Shown in pieces: positions 53,740 to 64,000 of a stretch of DNA of 64,000 nt. Below the pieces are notes generated by a model, which searched no databases, was not told the DNA's origin, and saw only the letters and a program-made list of their open reading frames with translations. Every line of letters begins with the position of its first letter. The stretch's first letter is position 1. The stretch comes from the human T2T-CHM13v2.0 reference genome, Homo sapiens. The stretch is from assembly GCF_009914755.1 (NCBI RefSeq), contig NC_060926.1. One strand, given 5' to 3'. Both the position numbers and the translations under genes were made by a program.

Positions 53740-54440
53740 CCCACAGTATCGAACACATACGGTAACCGCAGTCCAGCCAGCACCCCTGCAGTGCCCAGAG
53801 CACCAAGCACCCATCCGTTGACCCCGCATGCGTGACGCTCACGCGCGCAGTCCCCCTGGCTTCTTCCAGGAAGGCTGAAGCGGCCTAATCTCGGCCAAAA
53901 GATCAGGACGACTCGATCTGGGCTGGACTCCTTCTGCCTGAGCATCTGATCCGAGCGTCGGCCGGGCTGGGAGGAGCCGGCCCCCGGGAAAGATTTCGGA
54001 CTGGGGGACAGGAAAACAGAGGGCGGAGTCTTGGGGGGGGAAGCGAGAAGCCGCATCAACCATGTAAGCAGCTTCGCTTCCTGCCGCAACCGTCCGCGGC
54101 CTGAGGAGCCCACCGCCGCTCTCGGGGGCCGACTTCCGGGGGCTGAGCCGTTGAAGCGGAGGCTGGGGCGGGGGGCAGCCGGCGCGGCCGGGGCAGGAGG
54201 CGCAGGTAAGGGAGGGGGCCTGGAGCTTGGCCGGCTGGGGCTCAGCATGGGAAGGAGGCCGGTATGGGGAGCTCCAGGGCCAGAGCTGAGGTGAAAGTGA
54301 GAACCAGGGCTCCGCAGTCGGGGGCTAGGGCCTGGCTGCCGGCTGAGCAAGGAAGGGCAGAGAATCTGGCTTTAGAATTAGCTTGTCCTCCCTATTCCCC
54401 GGCTGCCTTGTCTGGCGAGTGGGGACGGAAGCCAGGTGGG
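53740..54440. promoter_or_regulatory. PIKFYVE CpG-island promoter
   Basis: CpG-dense; CGCATGCG (NRF1-like) 53825, GGGCGG 54021, ACTTCCGG (ETS) 54132. Confidence 0.88.
54045..54205 (+). other. PIKFYVE: PIKFYVE non-coding exon 1 (start site approximate)
   Basis: Strong donor CAG|GTAAGG at 54205/54206 within the CpG island. Confidence 0.82.
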
Positions 54441-55292
54441 GCCCTTGAGATTTCCTTGGAAACATTTGAAGTTCCTTTGCCTCTCTCTCGACCCTTACGC
54501 CTGAACTTAATTAGGAGGGGAAGAGTACAGTTACTTTTCCCTCTGAGTGCATGAGTTCTGAGTTTGTCAGAGGCGCATCCGTAGGCTGGAAAAGAAAGTT
54601 CATGAGCTGCAGAAACGATACCAACCGTGGGGGTTCAAATATGTGTTTGTCTTTTTAAATGCTTGCCTCTGCTATTTGAGACGATTCCATTTCAACTTAG
54701 GTTTTGGAGTCTCTTGAGGAGGAGCATTATTTCCCAATTAGTGTTTACCCTTTGCTTAGAATGTTCCCAACAAAAGGATGAGAATGGAATGTGTTGGAAA
54801 CTTTTAGGACTTAGGGGTTTTCTGCCCAATCAGAGGTTATTCCTAAGACAGTCAAGAAATATAAGAAGTGCTAGAATTCTGTATAAAGCAAGTTATTCGT
54901 GTGTATCTGATGTGTATACATGATTCATTATCTACTATTGACGCAGTGCATCCTGTGTTGTAAAATATGTCCAGTGTTGACAATAGAGGTAGTCGCTTGG
55001 TATAATGTACTTATTTCTGATTTATTTGAGCCCCTTTTTTTGGCACTCCAAAACTCCCACTCTGTCAGTTTTCTTACAAAAAATGTTCTTTCTTTTGTGT
55101 TTGTGACAAAGATTGTGTAGGTTAAATCTCTTCTGTGGAGCAAGGCTAATTTCCTGTGTTCTCCCTTTTTCTGCTTTCTGGATCGTGCTCTGGTTTTCCT
55201 TTAAGCGTGTTGGTCAAAAATTGAACAAGAAATCTTTGTTGATAGAAGCTAACATTTCCAATATTCAGCTTTCCTAAATTATTACATTGCCA

Positions 55293-56370
<1,078 letters not shown>

Positions 56371-57011
56371 CTTTTTTTTTTTTAATATAAAAAAAACACA
56401 AACTTTTTTTTGCGTGTATACTTATTCAGTTATCAGCTTACTTCCCAACACTTTTTGCTGAATTGTCATGACACTTCAGAAGGATTGTTGATGATTATTC
56501 TCAGTGGAAGATATTAGAAACCTTCCTTCCCCTTCTTCTTCCTTTTCTCCTTCCTCTTTCCTTCCCCTTCCTCTTCCTCTTTTTCTTCCCCCCCCAATAA
56601 ACATGTATTGCCAAAATTCTGTTTAAGTCAGTGGTTTCATTTCTGCCTTAATTTATTAATTAAATTATTGATCAGACAAAGCCTTAAGTAGTTAGAGAAC
56701 GCGGATAGGCTAAAAGGGAAGTGTGAAGAGCTACAAAAGTAATTTTGATTTAGGTAATACTTTTGGGGTGAGACTTGGGGTATAGTGACAGTTCTACTAA
56801 TGTCTGTGTGACCCCCAAGAAAGTTGTTTTAGGTTCAGAGTACCTTGGTTGCCTCAAAGGTAAAATGTCATAAAGCCAGCTGTGTGTGCCTTCCAGGATT
56901 GTAAGAGTAAAATGAGATGGTAGCTATGATTTTGAATGTGAAAAGCATTTTACCGAGACTGTAATGTCCTCTTTGTAAAGTGGAGACTAGATTATAAACT
57001 ATAGTATATAT

Positions 57012-57820
57012 ATTGTTTTCTCCAAGGGAGGAACCTTGTCTTTATTTTGAAACAGTAGGTAGCCTCCTGGTGGCTGGAACATGCTTCTGCCTGCGGGGGG
57101 CCCACTGTCTGGGCCCTAGGGATCTACAGAGCTCAGTAGGCTTAGGAAGTGTTTCAGGAAGGCCTCCTAGTTGATGCTGTCCTCATGTCCTGCCAGAACA
57201 GTCTCCATCTCCTCCTCAGCCATCTTCCCTCCCAGGGTGGTGAGGACTTGTCTGAGCTCTGCTCCCGTGACTTTGCTGTTCCCCTCCTTGACTAACACAT
57301 GAAGCCCCTCCAGGTAGTCCTCATATGTGCCTTGGTTCTGCTTCTTGGCTGCTGCCTGGAGCATGGGCAGGAAAGTCTTGAAGTCCACATGCCGGGACTT
57401 CAGGTCATCACTCTTGGGGTTCCCCAGGACCTTCATCACCTTGGCACTGGTGAGGTTCTGGTCCAGGGCCCCCATCATGTCCCCAAACTGGCTGTATGGG
57501 ATCTTGCCATCCCCCACTCAGTTAAACAGCTTGAAGGCCACCTTGAACTCCTCCAGCTGATCCTTGTTAAACTTGATCACCACTTTGGAGAGATCAACTG
57601 GGGGCTCCTTGGTTTTCTCAGGGGCCTGGGGGATGGGATAGCTGGCTCAGCTTTGGTCTTGGCTGGAGGGGCCCATGCTGCTGCTGGCTTGGCAGCACCT
57701 TTGGAGATGGAGGGCCCTGCTGGTTCCTCCCAGAATATCCTTGGGAGGCATGATGTCTGGTGGCCAAAGGACAGTGTGCGGATGGGGGCACCCATCTCTT
57801 GCTGGGTCCGTGTCTGGGCC
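57012..57820 (-). pseudogene. MYL6BP1: MYL6B (myosin light chain 6B) processed pseudogene
   Basis: PAGPSISKGAAKPAAAWAPPAKTKAEPA and [65 protein letters not shown] match MYL6B; ATG 57751, original stop ~57133-57135, frameshifts and premature stop, AATAAA 57041-57046, no introns. Confidence 0.9.
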
Positions 57821-57831
57821 AGACTACAGTA

Positions 57832-58915
<1,084 letters not shown>

Positions 58916-59313
58916 TTAAAAAGCTGTTGTGTATCCCTTCTTCCGAAACATCTTAAAATGAAAGAGCTAGAAATGATGTGAAAATGCTTATTTTTCTTCT
59001 GCCTGCTCACATTAATGCTTTACCTCCAAATTTTTATTAATTTAAATCTTTTCTATAATTTGAATAGTAATGTTTAAAATTGAGTTGGCTATCAGATCAT
59101 AGTTGTAGATGATTGGGGCTCTTATGATTTAGATAGCAGTGTTTTCAGTCCTTTGGAATATATGAAGCTAGATTTATTTACTGTTTGTTTTCATAGTCTG
59201 ACTTTTCACAGAATAGGATTTTCTGGATATTTCGATGCTGTTTGGAATCAACTTTTGAGCTTCCTGAGGAATTTAGATTTTTGCTTGTTTCTTTTGTTTT
59301 TCAGACTCATGAA

Positions 59314-59485
59314 ATGGCCACAGATGATAAGACGTCCCCAACACTGGACTCTGCTAATGATTTGCCTCGATCTCCTACTAGTCCTTCTCATCTCACACAC
59401 TTTAAACCTTTGACTCCTGATCAAGATGAGCCCCCTTTTAAATCAGCTTATAGTTCTTTTGTAAATCTCTTTCGTTTTAACAAAG
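59314..59485 (+). CDS. PIKFYVE: PIKFYVE exon 2 coding part (MATDDKTSPTLDSANDLPRSPTSPSHLTHFKPLTPDQDEPPFKSAYSSFVNLFRFNK); exon starts at 59305
   Basis: TTTTCAG acceptor, GAAATGG start, AAG|GTAAGA donor; matches the N-terminus of PIKfyve PtdIns3P 5-kinase. Confidence 0.96.
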
Positions 59486-59746
59486 GTAAGACTTATTAAA
59501 GATAAGAGGTTTGATTCAGGTCTGATTGTTTGAAATGCTCCTTTGTCTCCAGTGGCTCACCATGATCATATAGTGGTTAGTACTCTGTTCAGCTTTAATG
59601 CTGGGTCTGTAAGAAAGTGAAATATTAACAAGCGATAGCTTTAATCGTAGGTCTCCAGGGTTTACTGCTGAAGAGAAAGCTAGAATTTTCACTGTAATAT
59701 CATTAATTATTGGTAACTAAAGGTCTGGATTAAAAGCTAAATGTTA

Positions 59747-60052
<306 letters not shown>

Positions 60053-61377
60053 CTAAATGTTAAAAGGAGATTTCTTTTAATAGAGAAAGTAGTCGTCTTT
60101 TTTTGTTATTCTTTTTTTCTTAATATGCTTTAAGTTAGTCCATAGAATGGACTTTGTTCTTTTGGGGGTTAATAGCTAAAATATTTAAAGCAATGAAACT
60201 GAAAGGAACAGTACATGGGAGGAAAGGTTTATATTTTTCAAAAATTGGAAGCTGTCAGTAGGCTTCTTGTTGACTTAAAACTGTTAGACTAAGGTGTACA
60301 TGTAATGACATCAAATGGAAAGATATTTTTAAAATGAGCTCTTTTTAAGTAATATGTCTTTTACTTGGGACAAGAATTAAAAAACATGGCCTATATCTTT
60401 TGTCTTTTGTTTGTCTGTATTACTTGAAGTATGTTAGAAAGTAATTCTTGTTGTTGTATAGAATTTGGAGAGGTTAATAGTGTTAATTAACTCAGTAGAA
60501 CCTTTAATAATATTAACTGAATTTTATTTATGATCATGTTTAAAGTGCTATGAAAACCCTTTAGTACATTTTTAAGACAATGATACTTAAAAAAAAAAAC
60601 TATTTTTTAGAAGAGTTTTAGATTTACAGAAAAATTGGGAAGATAGAATTTCCGTATACTCCCATACCCAGTTTTCCTCATGTTAACATTTTACATTAGT
60701 CTGGTACATTTGTTACAATTAATGAACTGTTATTGATAGATTATTAACTAAATTACATATTTTATTTAGATTTCTTGAGTTTTTACCAGTTGTTCTTTTT
60801 ATATTCTAGGATCCCATTTGTCATACCACATTACACTTAGTTGTCATAAGACAATAAAATTTCTATTTAGCAAATGTTTATTGGGTACCTCCTTTGTACT
60901 GGGAACTGTTTTAATAGTGTAAGGGATCTGTCCAGTAAACAGACCCAAAAAATCCCTGCCTTCATATGAAGCTTGCATTTTGTTTCCTTTAATATGCTCA
61001 AGAAATTTCTAATGAAAAGTGAAACAAATAGGAGATCATATATACCAAGGGTGTGATTATTGGCCTGTAATTTTGCCTCCTTCTTTGAATTTTCTTTTTT
61101 TAAAATCTAGGCTGGGCACAGTGGCCTGTGCCTGTAATTTCAGCACTTTGGAAGGCTGAGGTGGGAGGATTGCTTGAGGCCAGGAGTTCAATACCAGCCT
61201 GGGCAACATAGGGAGAACCTGCTTGTATTTAAAATTAAATAAATGAAAAAGGAAAAAAAAAATTTTTAGTTACGCATATAATACATGCATACATTGTTGC
61301 CTGAAAATTTTCATCTACTTCCTTCTCATTGCTGAACTCTCAGTCTTTAAATAATGCCAAGCGTTCCCTTGCTACAG

Positions 61378-61527
61378 AGAGAGCAGAAGGAGGCCAGGGA
61401 GAACAGCAGCCTTTGAGTGGAAGTTGGACCAGCCCTCAGCTCCCTTCGAGGACACAGTCTGTTAGGTCACCCACACCTTATAAAAAGCAGCTTAATGAGG
61501 AACTCCAGCGGCGCTCTTCAGCATTAG
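61378..61527 (+). CDS. PIKFYVE: PIKFYVE exon 3 (ERAEGGQGEQQPLSGSWTSPQLPSRTQSVRSPTPYKKQLNEELQRRSSAL)
   Basis: 150 nt, phase 1-1, CAG acceptor, TAG|GTAAAA donor; the gene continues beyond the window. Confidence 0.95.
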
Positions 61528-61811
61528 GTAAAACAGTGTTCTTATTTCATTCCCTTCTATATGCTAGATTTTTCCACAGTCATTGTGTTTCCTAGGTTGT
61601 TTATAGCAGGACTTAACTTTCCTGCTATTTGGAATAGTAAGATACTATTTGAAATAGTCAGGTACTGTTTAGAGTAAATAAAACTCTTACCTCGGTAGTG
61701 AAAGAATTTATTGACACCTGAAAAAATTCTTAAACGTCTCATTAAACTTTAATTTAGGCAAGGCACAGATTTCTTGACTATTTTTTGATTAATTACTTGC
61801 TTGGGTTTCAG

Positions 61812-61847
61812 CAGACAACAGTTTGCAACATCCCCAGGAGAACACAG
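61812..61847 (+). CDS. PIKFYVE: Putative alternative PIKFYVE cassette micro-exon, (A)DNSLQHPQENT
   Basis: TTTCAG|CAG|ACAAC...ACACAG|GTTAGT; 36 or 33 nt, frame-preserving, no stop. Confidence 0.7.
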
Positions 61848-64000
61848 GTTAGTTTCCACTTTGTGAATGAATTCTGCATCTGTTCTTGGGGTGCTAGTGA
61901 AATGTGATATGCATGCCTCTGGCTGCAGAACTCTGTCAACTCCATTATTGGGCTGCCACTTGCTCTTGGCCTTCTGTCCTTGTTGGGGTGCAAACTGTCA
62001 GTGTGGCTGAATAAGTTGAGCTCCTCTCATCTGTCTGTTTTCCATTCTGGTCTACTACACAGTCATCTCCTTCATTTTCATGCTCTTCTGATGAGTATGG
62101 GCTGGGGATTGGTGTCAGAATTGAGAGATTAGAAAAAGAGAGGTGGTTTATGTTTTATTTCTGTCAGATTTTTCAACTTGGAGTGGTTTGCCTAAGTCAA
62201 GGTGACAAAGGAAGTGGGAGGTGGCATGATAGAGGGGAAGGGATGCAGCATTGGGAATTAGATGCCCCAGAACACCAGATCTCGTCTGGTGTGGCTGATC
62301 TTCCCCCAGATAGTGGTGGTTGGCAGAAGGATATTTTATTGTGAGTTCAGACTTGGTCAGCCAGAACAAAGAGAAACTGAGCAAAAGTAGAGTTTCTACC
62401 CGAGGACTGGCACAGAGCTGGCTGCATCACCTGCACAGGTTTTCTAGGGCAGTGAGCCTCAGCCAGGGTTACATCAGCCATTTGGAGGGAAGAATCAGAA
62501 GATGGGGAGTGGGAGAGGGAGAAAGAAAGGAGCTCTCCTTTTATTCCAGATAATCTCTATTTTAACTTTTAACCTCAATAAACTCTCCTTAGCTCTTGAA
62601 TCTGACTCACAACAACACTCTTTTTGTTGAGGGAGCTGTTTTGACTAAATCCCATGCTGAATTGAGTGTAGGATTTTTTTATTTCTAAAATCAAGTTAGA
62701 CTAAAATGTAATATTTTAGGAGTTACAAATTGGCAGCCTGCCAAACCTTGCCATTGGTATTATGATCAACTTGAACTTTAATATCTCCAGGTGGAGCCTT
62801 TACTGTCTAGTTTCCTTACTGTCCTTCTCAAGTCTGCTTGATTATTTGATTCTATCTTGAAGGCATTTGAGCTTCAGAAGCCTGGTGTTATTTGGCCAGT
62901 CAAGTTCTTTTCCCTATTAAAAGGGCTGTAATTCTATAATTTACTAGCTTTCCGACCTTAGGAAAGTTATTTAATTTTCTAATGTTCATTTTGCAAGAGA
63001 AGCAGCTAAGGCTATTTGCCTAAGGGCATAGAGCTAGACCAGATTTTCTCTCTGGGTTTCTTTCATCTTCAGCCAACATCTGTGATTCTCTTGGTTCCAA
63101 GAAGGGTCTCACTCGTCCTTTTTCAGCGGATGATGCTATTACTACTTTCTTATATTCCTAATTGGCTAAATGCCAGGGACTTCACAAGTTTTTGCCTGCT
63201 GCACGGAAGCACAGCCATTATGTTTCCAGTAGCTTCATCTGTCTTCTTTTTCAATTTGTAGATCATGGGGAGTTGTTTTTTGTTTTGAGACTCAAGTTTA
63301 GTTATTCTAATACAGTAGCAACACATCTGAGGTATGTGCTAAAATTAAGATATAACTTTATAGAAAGATAAAAGTTGCCAAAGTTTTCTAAAATAGGTAC
63401 AATTTTGGTAGTTACTTCAGTGATTACATTATCTTGGGAAATTCTTTGTAAACTTTAGATCCCAACCTCTCATTTCTTTGTAATTCTTTTTTTTCCCTCC
63501 CAGCCAAAACAGCACCTATCTAGCAAATGGTGAGTTTGAGGAAGATTCAGAGTGGGGTATTTTCCAGTTTACTTTGCCATAGGTTATCAGTTTGATGGGT
63601 TTAAGCTAATAGGATGTTCATCCTTTTTGTCAAAACGTCTTTGCTTCATGCTTAGGTTTTGTAACTGCCAGAAATAGGCAGAAACTTCAGTGGTAATTTT
63701 GGTCTAAATTAAGGAAATAATAAGTGACAACTTTGGTGGGCATACCCTATTTTGGCCATGAGGCTGGAATTTGGGCTTATTAGTGATAGATTTGGCTTCA
63801 GTATTGCTATGTCAGGTATAAATGATCCTTTCCTATTTGGAGCTGTGGGGTTGGGGAAGTGACAGGGAAGGATAGGATTGGAGTTTTAGCAATTTTCTGG
63901 CAGTTTTAATTTGCTTGGACATAGGTCAGGTTTTACCATGGCAAAATTTGCCATCCTGGATGTTGTGAAGTCTGTCAGAATCTTTGAAGGCTGGGCTATT

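Noticed and set aside
53676-54350. 224-aa ORF antisense to PIKFYVE exon 1
   Set aside because: Same CpG-island artefact; Pro/Arg-rich with no homology I recognise
57167-57517. 116-aa myosin light chain ORF as a functional gene
   Set aside because: Fragment of a frameshifted, intronless retrocopy with a premature stop and a non-ATG start

Overview
Primate genomic DNA, recognisable as the human 2q34 IDH1-PIKFYVE locus. It contains the complete IDH1 gene on the minus strand (2 non-coding and 8 coding exons, 414 codons, wild-type R132, C-terminal AKL peroxisomal signal). About 11 kb upstream, head-to-head, are the CpG-island promoter and first exons of PIKFYVE on the plus strand. The left 10.5 kb is a four-level nested insertion: TPT1 processed pseudogene > MER50 LTR > Alu > ~6 kb HERV-H provirus. 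Also present: a solo LTR12 (ERV9), a solo LTR5 (HERV-K) just upstream of IDH1, a MYL6B processed pseudogene, a Y3 RNA fragment retrocopy, old L1/L2/MIR/DNA-transposon remnants and about 35-40 Alu elements or fragments. I see no CRISPR array or prokaryotic-type system and no convincing wholly new gene. The best second-look items are: an in-frame NAGNAG cassette micro-exon in PIKFYVE; a start-stop uORF and a hydrophobic overlapping uORF at the PIKFYVE start; a ~70 bp segment apparently copied into an Alu 23 kb away; and several very short or composite retro-insertions. Family and gene names come from recognition, not database searches.
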